From an uncultured Muribaculaceae bacterium (GTDB lineage Bacteria > Bacteroidota > Bacteroidia > Bacteroidales > Muribaculaceae), in contig CAJUKX010000011.1 in assembly GCA_910586975.1 (NCBI GenBank), positions 9,520-73,519 of the forward strand: 64,000 bases of DNA, written 5' to 3'. The position numbers and the translations under genes were made by a program. Shown here piece by piece: positions 36,884 through 47,614 of this stretch; position 1 is the stretch's first letter, and each line of letters starts with the position of its first letter. The notes under the pieces are model-generated. The model had not been told where the DNA came from, did no database searches, and saw nothing but the letters and a program-made list of their open reading frames with translations.

Positions 36884-39800
36884 TCATATTGTGTCTGAAT
36901 CGGCCGAGTCTTTTGACAGCCCCTTGGCCGAATGGAAGAAATTGTTGATGTACTTCTCACCGAATCGCTGCAAAAGTTCCCAGAAATTCGGTACAAAGAG
37001 TGTACCTACCACCGCATTGATGGCCATACCGAACACCACTGCCGTACCGAGCGATATGCGCGAGCCGGCACCTGCACCGGTGGCAAACAACATAGGCATC
37101 ACACCTAATACGAAGGCCAGTGCGGTCATCATGATGGGGCGGAAACGTATGCGTCCGGCATCGAGGGCGGCCTGGCGTATGGTCTCTCCGGCCTTGCGAT
37201 AGTCCATGGCGTACTCCACTATAAGAATGGCGTTCTTAGCCGACAGACCCAGCAGCAACACGATACCAATCTGGGTATAGATCGAAATGCTCTGACCCAT
37301 GAAGATACATCCCACAATGGTGCCGAGTATGGCCGTAGGCATGGCTATGATTACGGCTACAGGGTCGGTAAGACTCTCGTACTGAGCCGCGAGCACAAGC
37401 AGCGTCACCACTATGGCCAGAATGAGCACGAAGGTGATGGTGGTACCCGACTGCGTTTCCTGATAAGCCTCGCCGGTCCAGGCATAGCCATAATTCTCGC
37501 CCACAGCCTTCTCTACTATCTCTTCCATAGCTTTGATGCCCGATGCCGAGCTTACGCCCTTGGCAGGAGTGGCAGTCACCGAGGCCGTATTGTACATATT
37601 GTAGCGCGACACGGTAGATGCGCCGAACGACGGCTCAATTGATGCGAATGCCGAGAAGGGCACCATCTCGCCTGAGCTGTTGCGTACACTAAGGTCGAGT
37701 ACATCGCCCACACGGTTGCGCGCATCGCCCTCGGCGGCAACAGTCACCTGAAACACACGTCCGAATTCAACGAAATCGTTTACGTATGACCCGCCCATGA
37801 AAGCCGACAAGGTGGAGTATATGCTCTCCAGTGTAAGGTTGTACATCTTGGCACGGTCGCGGTCAATCTTGATAGAATACTGCGGTACAGTGCCCTCAAA
37901 TAGTGATGTCACCGAGGCTATGCGCGGATCCTTGGCCGCCTGTGTGCGTATTTCATCGACCGCTTTCTTAAGTTGTGCCGAGCCCAGCGCATTGATATCG
38001 AGAAGCTGCATTTCAAGACCCGAGGTCATGCCAAGGCCGGGAATAGCCGGCGGATTGAGCGAGAACACTATAGGCTCCTGCATCGAATCGCCTATCTCGT
38101 TGGCTTTGGCTATGATAGCATCGATACTCTCATCCTTTGACTTGCGCTCGTTCCAAGGCTCAAGCATCACAAACAGCGAGCCCATATTGGAACTTGAACC
38201 GCCGCCCATGAACGACATACCGCTCACGGCCATAACATCCTTAACACCGGGCACCTGACGCAGACGGGTGGCAAAGTCGTTGACCACCTTGTCTGTACGG
38301 TCGAGCGACGCCCCCGTAGGCAGCTGAACCGACGACATGAAATAACCCATATCCTCAGAGGGTACGTATGATGTAGGCCATTTGAGGAAACCCCAGAATG
38401 CCAGACCCGTGAGCAGGAAGTAGGCCGCGATGGCTACTGCCGGATGCTTGAGAAATGTACCCACTATCTTCATATACCCGTTGAGCGTGGCTCCGAAAGC
38501 CTTGTTCCACCAGCGGTAAATGAAGAATGAGGATTCCTTCTTAGGCTTGAGGAACAATGCACACATGGCCGGGGTGAACGTAAGCGCATTGAATCCGGAG
38601 AATGCAGTGGATACGGCTATGGTGAGAGCAAACTGCTTGTAGAGCTGGCCGGTGATACCGCTCACCAGAGCGGTAGGTATGAATACCGACAACAGCACGA
38701 GCACCTCGCCGATTACAGGTCCCTGAAGCTCAATCATGGCCTTCTCGGCTGCCTGACGCGCATTAAGTTTCCCCTCGTCAAGCAATCGCGAGCAGTCCTC
38801 CACCACCACTATCGCATCGTCGACCACAATGGCTATTGCCAGCACAAGGCCGAACAGAGTCAGGGTATTGAGCGTGAATCCCATCCATTTCATCACAGCC
38901 AATGTAGCTATGAGCGACACCGGTATAGTGAGCATAGGTATGATCACCGCGCGCCAGTTCTGCAGGAACAGCAGAATGACAAGCATAACCAGTATGGTGG
39001 TCTCGAGGAAGGTGATGAGAAGCTCGTCGATAGACTCGGTGACAAACTCGGTGGTGTCGAGCATTATCTTATAGTTGACACCGGGCGGAAAGTACTTGGC
39101 AAGTTCATCGAGCTTGGCCTCGCAACCCTTTGCCACCTTAAGTGCGTTGGCACCCGGCAGCTGACTGATACCTATCATCGCCGTTTCCTGTCCGTTGACG
39201 CGGGCAATCTGGGAATATGAATTAGAGCCGAGGTCAATCCTGGCAATGTCGCTGAGATGCAGCAGACTGCCGTCATCGCCCGTGCGCAGGATAATGTCGC
39301 TGAACTGCTTGGGCGACGACAGGCGGCTCTTTGTGGTGAGCGTATAGGTGAACTCCTCTTTTGATGACGAGGGACGAGCGCCTACACTGCCGGCCGACAC
39401 TTCCATATTCTGCGACTGTATAGCCTGCACCACATCGGCCGGAGTAATACCGCGCTCGCGCATTTTGGCAGGGTCAAGCCATATACGCATGGAATATTGT
39501 CCTCCGCCAAATGCCTCCACATTGCCCACACCGTCTACACGCGACAGCTCGTCGGTAATATTGAGATTTGCATAATTGGTAAGGTACAGTGCATCGTAAC
39601 GCTCGGGATCATCGCTCTGCAGCGATATGAAAAGTATTTCATTAGAGGAACGCGACGAAACCGTAACACCCTGCTGCTTGACTGCGGTGGGCAGAGTAGG
39701 CTCGGCCTGCGCCACGCGGTTCTGAACCTTGACCATGGCTATATCGAGGTCGGTACCTTCCTCAAAGGTGACTGTGAGCATGTATGAGCCATCAGAGCCT

Positions 39801-40048
39801 GACGATGAACTCATATACATCATGCCTTCTACACCGTTAACCTGCTGCTCTATGGGCACACCTATGGTTTCGGCCACGGTCTCGGCATCGGCACCGGGGT
39901 AAGAAGCTATAACCATCACCGTAGGCGGAGTGATATCGGGGTATTGGGCCACCGGCAGGCTGCTGTATGTGAGCGCGCCGGCCAGCACCATAGCCACCGC
40001 TATGACTATGGCGAAGATGGGGCGTTCTATAAAAAATCGTGAGAACAT
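36884..40048 (-). CDS. RND efflux permease (HAE1, AcrB/MexF-like)
   Basis: FFIERPIFA, LPVAQYPDITPP, AIAIVVDDAIVVVE, RFRPIMMT. Confidence 0.96.
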   Translation of the reverse strand: MFSRFFIERPIFAIVIAVAMVLAGALTYSSLPVAQYPDITPPTVMVIASYPGADAETVAETIGVPIEQQVNGVEGMMYMSSSSGSDGSYMLTVTFEEGTDLDIAMVKVQNRVAQAEPTLPTAVKQQGVTVSSRSSNEILFISLQSDDPERYDALYLTNYANLNITDELSRVDGVGNVEAFGGGQYSMRIWLDPAKMRERGITPADVVQAIQSQNMEVSAGSVGARPSSSKEEFTYTLTTKSRLSSPKQFSDIILRTGDDGSLLHLSDIARIDLGSNSYSQIARVNGQETAMIGISQLPGANALKVAKGCEAKLDELAKYFPPGVNYKIMLDTTEFVTESIDELLITFLETTILVMLVILLFLQNWRAVIIPMLTIPVSLIATLAVMKWMGFTLNTLTLFGLVLAIAIVVDDAIVVVEDCSRLLDEGKLNARQAAEKAMIELQGPVIGEVLVLLSVFIPTALVSGITGQLYKQFALTIAVSTAFSGFNALTFTPAMCALFLKPKKESSFFIYRWWNKAFGATLNGYMKIVGTFLKHPAVAIAAYFLLTGLAFWGFLKWPTSYVPSEDMGYFMSSVQLPTGASLDRTDKVVNDFATRLRQVPGVKDVMAVSGMSFMGGGSSSNMGSLFVMLEPWNERKSKDESIDAIIAKANEIGDSMQEPIVFSLNPPAIPGLGMTSGLEMQLLDINALGSAQLKKAVDEIRTQAAKDPRIASVTSLFEGTVPQYSIKIDRDRAKMYNLTLESIYSTLSAFMGGSYVNDFVEFGRVFQVTVAAEGDARNRVGDVLDLSVRNSSGEMVPFSAFASIEPSFGASTVSRYNMYNTASVTATPAKGVSSASGIKAMEEIVEKAVGENYGYAWTGEAYQETQSGTTITFVLILAIVVTLLVLAAQYESLTDPVAVIIAMPTAILGTIVGCIFMGQSISIYTQIGIVLLLGLSAKNAILIVEYAMDYRKAGETIRQAALDAGRIRFRPIMMTALAFVLGVMPMLFATGAGAGSRISLGTAVVFGMAINAVVGTLFVPNFWELLQRFGEKYINNFFHSAKGLSKDSADSDTI

Positions 40049-40057
40049 GGCGCGTAA

Positions 40058-41185
40058 TTATTTTTTATTGTCGGTTGTAAATGGTTTTACTGTCATGCCG
40101 TTGCGCACTTTGAGTATTGCCGAAGTCACGTAGCGGTCGGTGGGTTTAAGGCCTTCTGTCACCACACGCATGGTGTCGCCCTGTACCAGGTCGCCCACCT
40201 TTATGGGGGTGTAAACTACCTTGTTTGAGTCATTGACCACGTATACATATTTGCCCAACTGGTCGGTTGATATGGAGGCATCATTAATTATCATGGCCTG
40301 CGGGTCGAGCTTGTAAGGCAGACGTATGGTGCAGTACATGCCCGGTTTCAGCTCATTGTATGTGTTGTCTACCTTGGCTTGCAACTCAATGGTACCGGTT
40401 GTGGCATTAACATTCGGGGCCATGTAGTTTAGCGCACCCGTGTAATCGTGGGGCAATTTTTCGGAGAAATTTATGGGAATGGCGTTATAATTAATTTTAT
40501 CGCGGTTATTAGTATTCTCTAACATACGCAGGAACGAGGCATCCTCTATGGTGAATGTAGCCACAACAACATCATCCTTGTACACAGTTGCAAGTACCAC
40601 AGGCGACGATTCACCCATCACATAGTTTCCCTTTGAGAGCTGATTGGTGGTGACGTGTCCCGACAGCGGAGCCCTTACCGAGCAATCGTTCACCTTTTTG
40701 CGAGCGTCGGCCAGGGCAGCCTCGGCACTTGTGATGGCAGCACGGCTCTGATCGCGGGCATTTAGAGCCTGCGACAGCTCCATCTGGCTTACGGCATTTT
40801 TACTGTAAGCCTTGTTCACAGCCTCGTAGTGCTGCTCGGCATAAGCATTGTCGGATTTGGCTTTGGAAAGATTGGCCAAGGCACTGTTGAGTGCGTTGGT
40901 GTATTCAGAATTGTCAATGGTAAACAGCAGCTGTCCCTCTTTCACATATTCACCGCCATCATACAATGGTGCCGACAGTATGCCGTTTACCTTTGCCACA
41001 GCCCGTGCGGTGCGGTCGGCGATGAGCTTGCCCGGATAATCCTTGTATAATGTAACAGAATCCACCGCCACCAGGCTTACCTCTACGGGCATAGCCTCCG
41101 ACGTGTCTTCACTCTTCTCTTTATTCCGGCAAGATGTGGCTAATAGCAGTGCTGCCAGACCTAATGTAATATATTCCAGTTTCAT
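40058..41185 (-). CDS. RND efflux periplasmic adaptor (MFP) lipoprotein
   Basis: Lipobox LATSC; lipoyl/hairpin architecture (VKEGQLLFTID, VRAPLSG). Confidence 0.92.
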   Translation of the reverse strand: MKLEYITLGLAALLLATSCRNKEKSEDTSEAMPVEVSLVAVDSVTLYKDYPGKLIADRTARAVAKVNGILSAPLYDGGEYVKEGQLLFTIDNSEYTNALNSALANLSKAKSDNAYAEQHYEAVNKAYSKNAVSQMELSQALNARDQSRAAITSAEAALADARKKVNDCSVRAPLSGHVTTNQLSKGNYVMGESSPVVLATVYKDDVVVATFTIEDASFLRMLENTNNRDKINYNAIPINFSEKLPHDYTGALNYMAPNVNATTGTIELQAKVDNTYNELKPGMYCTIRLPYKLDPQAMIINDASISTDQLGKYVYVVNDSNKVVYTPIKVGDLVQGDTMRVVTEGLKPTDRYVTSAILKVRNGMTVKPFTTDNKK

Positions 41186-41199
41186 AGGGATGTGTGTGT

Positions 41200-42573
41200 T
41201 TATTTATATTCTGAGAATCCGCCACCGAGAGCTTTGTAGAGTGTGATGAGCGATGACAGGGCATTGCCTCGCGCCACCACCGCCGAATTGGCGTAGTTAA
41301 GGAAATTCTGTTCTGCCGTAGCCACGTCGGAATATGGAGCGAGTCCCTGGCGGTAAAGGTCAAGCTCAAGGTTCAGGAATTCGCGGGCGTTATCAACCGC
41401 CTGATCATATTCGTTTATGGTTTTTACATTATTTATGTATGAGTTAACGGCATTGTTCACCTCGTTGTAGGCATTCATCACTGTATAGTTGTAATTAGCC
41501 ATCTGGACCTCCATTTCATCGCGGGCGGCGGCCACCTTGGCGTTGCGGGCCATGCCGTCGAATATAGTCCAGCTGAGAGTGGGAGCTATTGAATAGCTGA
41601 AGCCCGACTTGTTGAAGGTGTCGTTCAGTTTAGGGCCGGCAAATCCTATAGAGCCGTTAATCGACAGCGTGGGCAGAAAGTCTTTCTTGGCTATACCCAC
41701 AGCTGCGGCTGCGGCAGCGAGATTCTGCTCGGCGGCAATTATATCGGGGCGACGGCGCAGCAGCTCGCCGGGCATTCCGGTGGCTACAATCTGACGATAG
41801 TCGGGAAGGTCGCTGTGCGAGTCGAGCAGAGCATTGATTTCTTCGGGATAACGGGCTACGAGCAATGCCAGCGAGCTCTTGGCAGTGACGATGGATGTGC
41901 GCAGCGCCGGAATGGTGGCACGGGTACTGTGCAATATGGCCATAGACTGGTCAACCTGTGGCTTGGCACCCAGTCCACATTCGTATCGGTTGAGCACAAT
42001 GTTGGAAATGGAATCTTGAGCCACGGCATGTTCCTGAGCCACGGCAAGTTCAGCTTCCCACACGCGCAGTTGTACATAAGTGCTTGCTATCTCGCCGGCC
42101 ATGCTCACCATAGCACCTACCCACTCGGCCCTTGAGGCCCGGTATTGGGCACGGCTCTGTTTAACGGCCGAGGTAATTTTGCCGAAAATATCAATCTCCC
42201 AACTCATGCTTGCGCCGGCCGACCACCGGTTTGAATTTACCTGCTGCGCGTGGCTGCGGGTATAACCGGCATCTATGCCTATATTGGGATAATAGGCCGA
42301 CTTGGCCACCGTCATCTGGCGCGCGGCTGCATCCATGCGCTTGGCGGCCATATCGAGGTCGAAGTTGGCCTGCTCGCCCATACATATAAGCGAATCGAGC
42401 ACAGGATCGTCAAACATCAGCCACCAGCGGTCTTCAGATGGCAATGGCTGGGTGGCATCGGACGTATAAGTCCAGCTGTCGGGCAGGGGGCGTTCGAGTG
42501 CCATGGGGCTTTTGCCCATGGCAGACAGTACCGGCAGCAATAAAGCAAGAGTTGTAAAAAAGTATCTGACCAT
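41200..42573 (-). CDS. TolC/OprM-family outer membrane efflux protein
   Basis: WWLMFDDPVL, SWEIDIFG, LLRRRPDI, LYKALGGG; ATG 42573 preferred. Confidence 0.93.
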   Translation of the reverse strand: MVRYFFTTLALLLPVLSAMGKSPMALERPLPDSWTYTSDATQPLPSEDRWWLMFDDPVLDSLICMGEQANFDLDMAAKRMDAAARQMTVAKSAYYPNIGIDAGYTRSHAQQVNSNRWSAGASMSWEIDIFGKITSAVKQSRAQYRASRAEWVGAMVSMAGEIASTYVQLRVWEAELAVAQEHAVAQDSISNIVLNRYECGLGAKPQVDQSMAILHSTRATIPALRTSIVTAKSSLALLVARYPEEINALLDSHSDLPDYRQIVATGMPGELLRRRPDIIAAEQNLAAAAAAVGIAKKDFLPTLSINGSIGFAGPKLNDTFNKSGFSYSIAPTLSWTIFDGMARNAKVAAARDEMEVQMANYNYTVMNAYNEVNNAVNSYINNVKTINEYDQAVDNAREFLNLELDLYRQGLAPYSDVATAEQNFLNYANSAVVARGNALSSLITLYKALGGGFSEYK

Positions 42574-42643
42574 AAAAATTGAAACGTGTGTGTTTGGAAT
42601 CCGTTCCAATTTTTATAACCGAGAATACGAGCAAAATGTTTTG

Positions 42644-43909
42644 TTAAATCGGTTCGGTATAATAGAGTATGATCTCGCGTATGGCATCTTGACACACCTT
42701 GCAGAAGTGCGGGGCGGTGTTGGTGCGCATGCGGCAGTCGGGACTTCCTCTCCACACACCTTTAGTCCGATAACCGGCGCCCTCGATCAGTGTGGCCTTG
42801 CCTTCATCCACGAGGTCTTGCCACTTTGAGCCGAAGTCAACACGTGTGGTGATATTAGGCTCCCACGGCTCTACATCGAGCGGATAAGTACCCTCCATTA
42901 TATCGTTTTCATAGTAATATTCATCGGCCAGGCCGGCAAAGCTGTGGCCGAATTCATGCACAACCACTTCCCTGAACAGCTCGTTGTCGGCAGCCGTCAA
43001 GGTGTAGAAATTGAATATGCCGCCACCGCCGTATTCCTCGGTATTGGCCAGTACTATGATGTGCCGGGCCGGGGTTGATATTATGGCATCATAGAGGTCG
43101 TGGACATTTGAGGTGGTGAGGTAGCGGTCAGAGTAAAAAGTGGAGAAATGCGACCCGAAGGGAGTCTCGGCCCAGCGTCCCTGAGCGGGTATGCTCACTC
43201 CGCTCTCGCGTCCGGCGCTCTCTACGGCAATGAAGTCAAATCGTTCTGACATCGACGCAAATGGCTCGTGGTCAAATATGGCATCCACAGCCTCGCGTGC
43301 CCTCTGATTAAACTTGGGCATCTCGGCGGCTGTATAACCCTCGGCAAGGATGGCGACGGTGATTTTGGCCGAATCCGGATAATCGCCCCTGTACACATAG
43401 CTGTGGGGCATGGGTTTGCGTGCGGTATAGTCGGCTATGAGTATGTCGGCCGGGTCTACTCGCAGTCGGGCATTGGCCACACATACGCGGCGGTTGTCGC
43501 GCAGATTAACCGTTATGTCGACGCTGTCGCGCGGAAACGGCACAAGAACCGTACCTTCCATGGCGCGCGGACCGGAATAGTCTTCAGATACGAGCCATTC
43601 CTGAAACAAGGTGGAGAATGAGTTGCTGTACAGCGTGTCGCCCGACATGGATGTGAGTATCACATCGGCCGCACCTTCCCTGAGGGGTTTGTCGAGGTTT
43701 ACCTTTCGGCCGCCCCACCCTTTGTATTTGGAAAGTGATGTGAACGATATACCGGGCGCCGCGGCACTGCCGCATGAGCCTGTGAACACAAAGTCTACCC
43801 GCAAAGTAGAGTCTGCGAATGCCGAAGCAAACGATGTATCGCCTGCCTGCATGTTAATGCTGCAGCCCATAGCCACTATGAGTGGGGCCACCTTGCTGAT
43901 TTTCATCAC
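42644..43909 (-). CDS. Peptidase family M64 (IgA peptidase-like)
   Basis: HEFGHSFAGLADEY, AEGYT, YGGGG, C-terminal CRMR...FCKVC. Confidence 0.9.
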   Translation of the reverse strand: MMKISKVAPLIVAMGCSINMQAGDTSFASAFADSTLRVDFVFTGSCGSAAAPGISFTSLSKYKGWGGRKVNLDKPLREGAADVILTSMSGDTLYSNSFSTLFQEWLVSEDYSGPRAMEGTVLVPFPRDSVDITVNLRDNRRVCVANARLRVDPADILIADYTARKPMPHSYVYRGDYPDSAKITVAILAEGYTAAEMPKFNQRAREAVDAIFDHEPFASMSERFDFIAVESAGRESGVSIPAQGRWAETPFGSHFSTFYSDRYLTTSNVHDLYDAIISTPARHIIVLANTEEYGGGGIFNFYTLTAADNELFREVVVHEFGHSFAGLADEYYYENDIMEGTYPLDVEPWEPNITTRVDFGSKWQDLVDEGKATLIEGAGYRTKGVWRGSPDCRMRTNTAPHFCKVCQDAIREIILYYTEPI

Positions 43910-44376
43910 TTACTGTTGTCTACAATAGGCATGGGGCGCTTGAATACCTGCTTGAACGAGATGAGGGTTTCGGTGCGTGCCACACCAAGAGCCTGAATCT
44001 GGTTCTGGAGTATATCGAGCAGGTGGTCGTTGTTGCGGGCAAAAAGTTTGATAAATATGTCATACTGCCCGGTGGTGAAGTGACACTCGATGATTTCGGG
44101 AATCTGCTTGAGTGTTTCCACTACCGACTTGAACTGGGCGGGGTCGTTGAGGAAAATACCTACGTATGCGCAAGTCTCATATCCTATGGCTTCGGGATTG
44201 ATGAGGCTTTCGGCACCGGTGATTACACCGCTGGCATACATACGCTGAATGCGCTGATGGATTGCCGCTCCCGATACGCCGCATTCGCGGGCTATTTCGA
44301 GATATGGCTTTCGGGCATTACCTGATAACAGTCTGAGGATATTCAGGTCTAATGTGTCAAATGAGGGTCGATGCAT
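43906..44376 (-). CDS. Lrp/AsnC family transcriptional regulator
   Basis: HTH ARKPYLEIARECGVSGAAIHQRI, ECHFTTG, RTETLIS. Confidence 0.93.
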   Translation of the reverse strand: MHRPSFDTLDLNILRLLSGNARKPYLEIARECGVSGAAIHQRIQRMYASGVITGAESLINPEAIGYETCAYVGIFLNDPAQFKSVVETLKQIPEIIECHFTTGQYDIFIKLFARNNDHLLDILQNQIQALGVARTETLISFKQVFKRPMPIVDNSK

Positions 44377-44482
44377 GAATTTGATTTTTAGATTTATAAT
44401 ACGGCCGCTGCCGCTAATACTTTAAATTGGTGATGAAATTCGTTTTTATATCTTGTGATGAAATTATTGATGATGTATTTGT

Positions 44483-45655
44483 CTACTCCCAGGTGTATCG
44501 CTTACCGTGTTTGAAGATTGAACGCAGCCCGCGTTTGAACTTGCGAACGGGCCGGAAGAATGCCAGAAACGGCAGTGTAAGCAGCAACCGCCGGCCATGA
44601 AGCACTTTTACGGCCACTGTCCATATAAGCCCGGTAAGATACCATAGTATCAGCACTGCGGCCGACATGGCCCATGCACAGGTGTTGTACGGTGACAGAA
44701 TACCCACTGCAAGGGCAAATATGGGAGCGAGAAAATAACTTGTGAACGCCACTCCGCCCAGCAAGCGCGGACGGTGTGGTATGAATCGGCTGGTGAAGCT
44801 GCGGCGAGCTTTCTCGTCGCTGAATGCACGGGGCGAATTGGCTCCCGGTACATAAACAAGCGATTCAGGCGATAGTTCAACCACGGTATTGGTGCCGTTG
44901 GTGATTTCGCTTACAAATATGTCGTCGTCGCCATTACGGAGATTAAGATGACGCGAGAATCCTTTGTTACGGAAAAAGAGTTCACGGCGGTAGGCCAGAT
45001 TGTGCTCGGTGCCTCGCCAGGGATGGCGGCGTATAGCCGGACTGACCCATGCGGCCGAATCGGCCACAAAATCAAATGAACGGGCACGTGCGCCCATGGC
45101 CCTGTCGTCGTAGGGCGGCGCAGCTGCAAAGCCCAGCACTACCTCTGTGGATGTATCGCTGCTGAAGTGGCGTGTCATACTGCGTAGCCACAGCGGCGAG
45201 TCTATCTCAGAGCCTGCAGTGGTAAGCACTATCACCGGCATTCTGGTAGCCTTTATACCAAGGGTGATGGCAAGCTTCTTGCGGCTGAGATTGCGCACCC
45301 CGTCGGGTGTGCAGGTGAGGTAAAGATTGCGATGAGTGAGCTGCATGGTGCTTACAACATCGGTAACCGCAGCCGATTCGCCCTCGTTAACCACCACTAC
45401 CTCAAACCGGCCCGGGTAGTCCTGAGCGAAAATCTGAGGCAGCAGAGTGGCAAGCCCCGAGTCGTCGTCGTGCGAATATACTATCACGGCAACGTCTTCG
45501 AGCGCCCCGGCTGTGTCGCCTTCGTCATCCGACTTGCGGTGGCGGCGCAACGGCAGCACTCTTATCATAAAAGTGACAAACGAAATCACCACAGCCAGTA
45601 GTCCCAGCTGCAGCAATGTCCATTGCAAGGAAGATATGTCAAATGCAAAATACAT
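44483..45655 (-). CDS. Membrane-bound family 2 glycosyltransferase-like protein
   Basis: QDYPGRFEVVVVN, RKKLAITLGIKA, GDDDIF; TM helices at both ends. Confidence 0.8.
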   Translation of the reverse strand: MYFAFDISSLQWTLLQLGLLAVVISFVTFMIRVLPLRRHRKSDDEGDTAGALEDVAVIVYSHDDDSGLATLLPQIFAQDYPGRFEVVVVNEGESAAVTDVVSTMQLTHRNLYLTCTPDGVRNLSRKKLAITLGIKATRMPVIVLTTAGSEIDSPLWLRSMTRHFSSDTSTEVVLGFAAAPPYDDRAMGARARSFDFVADSAAWVSPAIRRHPWRGTEHNLAYRRELFFRNKGFSRHLNLRNGDDDIFVSEITNGTNTVVELSPESLVYVPGANSPRAFSDEKARRSFTSRFIPHRPRLLGGVAFTSYFLAPIFALAVGILSPYNTCAWAMSAAVLILWYLTGLIWTVAVKVLHGRRLLLTLPFLAFFRPVRKFKRGLRSIFKHGKRYTWE

Positions 45656-45835
45656 CCTAAAAGTCAATCGTTACTTCTTTCCCTCATGTATACATCAAAT
45701 GGATGACAATACACACTCGTTTTAAATTTTTGTTGCTCTGAAGCACACAAATTCAGAAATCATTCAGAATTGTTGCAAAATTACAAAAAAAATGTTTTTT
45801 CCAATAAAAAATTTGCAGTTTTAATAAAAAAATAA

Positions 45836-45868
45836 TAATTTTGCGGTGTGTTACTGATGTACAACACC
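45836..45868 (+). promoter_or_regulatory. -7 element followed by an imperfect palindrome, a candidate YtrA/GntR operator
   Basis: TAATTTTG at 45836-45843, TTTG at 45812, then GGTGTGTTAC-TGAT-GTACAACACC. Confidence 0.55.
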
Positions 45869-45883
45869 TAAACAATTATAACT

Positions 45884-45940
45884 ATGAAGGCATTCTTACT
45901 CTCCTTATTGATGGTTCTCCTCTGTATCATTATCCTCTAA
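45884..45940 (+). CDS. Putative 18-aa hydrophobic small protein MKAFLLSLLMVLLCIIIL
   Basis: ATG after the A-rich leader ACAATTATAACT; stop 13 bp before the ABC ATPase start. Confidence 0.5.
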   Translation: MKAFLLSLLMVLLCIIIL

Positions 45941-45953
45941 AGATAACACCACC

Positions 45954-46799
45954 ATGCTCAATATCAACAATGTAAGTTTCTACTACCGCAAAGGCTTCAT
46001 GGCGGTTGATGATGCCTGTGCAGACATAGGCAGCGGCATATATCTGCTGTTAGGCGAAAACGGAGCCGGAAAAACCACTCTGCTCCATCTCATATCAGGA
46101 TTGCTGTTCCCCAAAAGCGGCAGCTGCTCGCTCGACGAGGTTGATACATCGCTGCGCAGTCCATATACCACCGAGCGCATTTTCTTTGTGGCCGATGATT
46201 TTGACTGCCCATTTGCCACCATCAATGAGCTTGCCCGCAGGCACGGGCTGTTCTACCCCACATTCAACTATGAGATGATGCGCGCCAATCTGGCCGACTA
46301 CGGAATGGATGGATCAGAGAAACTGCGCGCAATGTCGCTGGGCACACGACGCAAGGCTTTCATTGCCTACTCGCTGGCCTTGGGCGTGGACTACCTTCTG
46401 CTCGACGAACCCACCAACGGCATGGATATAAGCTCCAAGAAGATAATGCTGAAGCAGATAGGCCGGTGCGTGAGCGACGATCAGTGCATTATTATATCCA
46501 CCCACAACGTACACGACCTGCAAACCATGTTTGACCACCTGATGCTGATGCGCCGGGGACGGCTGCGCATCTCCATGCCGGTGGCCGACATACTGGAGCG
46601 GGCTGCATTTGTAAGCAGCCCCTCGCCCGTACCCGGAGCCATATTCCAGGAACCCGAGGGCGGACGCTTCAAGGCTATCATACCCAACGAACAGCACATC
46701 GACACCGATATCGACTATCCGCTGTTCTACTCGGCCATGATGTCGGAGGCCGGCGACTCATTTATCGAATTTCTAACTTCCAAAAACATACAGCTATGA
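45954..46799 (+). CDS. ABC transporter ATP-binding protein (YtrB-like)
   Basis: GENGAGKT, MSLG signature variant, LLLDEPT, STH. Confidence 0.93.
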   Translation: MLNINNVSFYYRKGFMAVDDACADIGSGIYLLLGENGAGKTTLLHLISGLLFPKSGSCSLDEVDTSLRSPYTTERIFFVADDFDCPFATINELARRHGLFYPTFNYEMMRANLADYGMDGSEKLRAMSLGTRRKAFIAYSLALGVDYLLLDEPTNGMDISSKKIMLKQIGRCVSDDQCIIISTHNVHDLQTMFDHLMLMRRGRLRISMPVADILERAAFVSSPSPVPGAIFQEPEGGRFKAIIPNEQHIDTDIDYPLFYSAMMSEAGDSFIEFLTSKNIQL

Positions 46800-47614
46800 G
46801 GACAGCTGCCACCAAGACATTCTCATTCAGCCGCTTAGACCAGGTGTGGTCGTTCTACGCGCCATGCACCACACGCTACCTTATGTGGGCGGCCATAGCC
46901 ACAGTGGTATCATACCTTATGTATCTGCTGGCCGACAAAACCGACGTAATAGGCATGATGTCAATATCGGGCACCCTGCTGGGCGCTTTTGCCTACATGG
47001 CGCCCACGGCATTCACCTTTGTACGCAACCGCTCGCTGGTGTGCCAGCTGCCGGCCACAGCCGCCGAGCAATTCACCTTCATGCTGCTGTTCAGCTACGT
47101 AGCCGTACCGCTCACCATGGCAGCGATATGGCTGTCGCTCGAAGGAATAAGCGGGCTGTGCGGATACGACAACTCCATGTTTGCCACCATGCAGAGGCTA
47201 TATGCATCTGAACTGGATGCTGCACACATGGGCATTTTCAATGATTTCTACAATTTGTTGATGAAACGTACCCGCTGGTTACAGTATCTGAGCTGGGCCA
47301 TGTCGACTGCCGTAGTGCTGCTGATAGTCATAGCTACCGAGAAACAACGCTTCATGAAAGCCGTTGCCGGCGTAATAGTGGCGGGTGTTGCCGTAGGCAT
47401 AGTAAGCGGTGTGTTTATGATTGTAAGAATGGTGGACTTCTTCTCGTCTGCAGAATTTGCCCGAGCATCCGAGGAAGATATAATGCCGGTAATAACCAAT
47501 GTATTGATGAACGGCGTTAACGACATAGCAAACTTCTCGCTGTGTGTTGTACCTGCAATCATCATTATATGCCTGTACTTGTCGTGGCGTAAATTCAAAA
47601 GCTTTCAGATGTAA
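46796..47614 (+). CDS. Multi-pass membrane protein, probable ABC permease
   Basis: About 6 hydrophobic segments, LPATAAEQF motif; start overlaps the ATPase stop. Confidence 0.75.
   Translation: MRTAATKTFSFSRLDQVWSFYAPCTTRYLMWAAIATVVSYLMYLLADKTDVIGMMSISGTLLGAFAYMAPTAFTFVRNRSLVCQLPATAAEQFTFMLLFSYVAVPLTMAAIWLSLEGISGLCGYDNSMFATMQRLYASELDAAHMGIFNDFYNLLMKRTRWLQYLSWAMSTAVVLLIVIATEKQRFMKAVAGVIVAGVAVGIVSGVFMIVRMVDFFSSAEFARASEEDIMPVITNVLMNGVNDIANFSLCVVPAIIIICLYLSWRKFKSFQM

Noticed and set aside
45661..45676. AAGTCAATCGTTACTT as another element footprint
   Set aside because: Imperfect and short, and its flanks do not match the element junctions.
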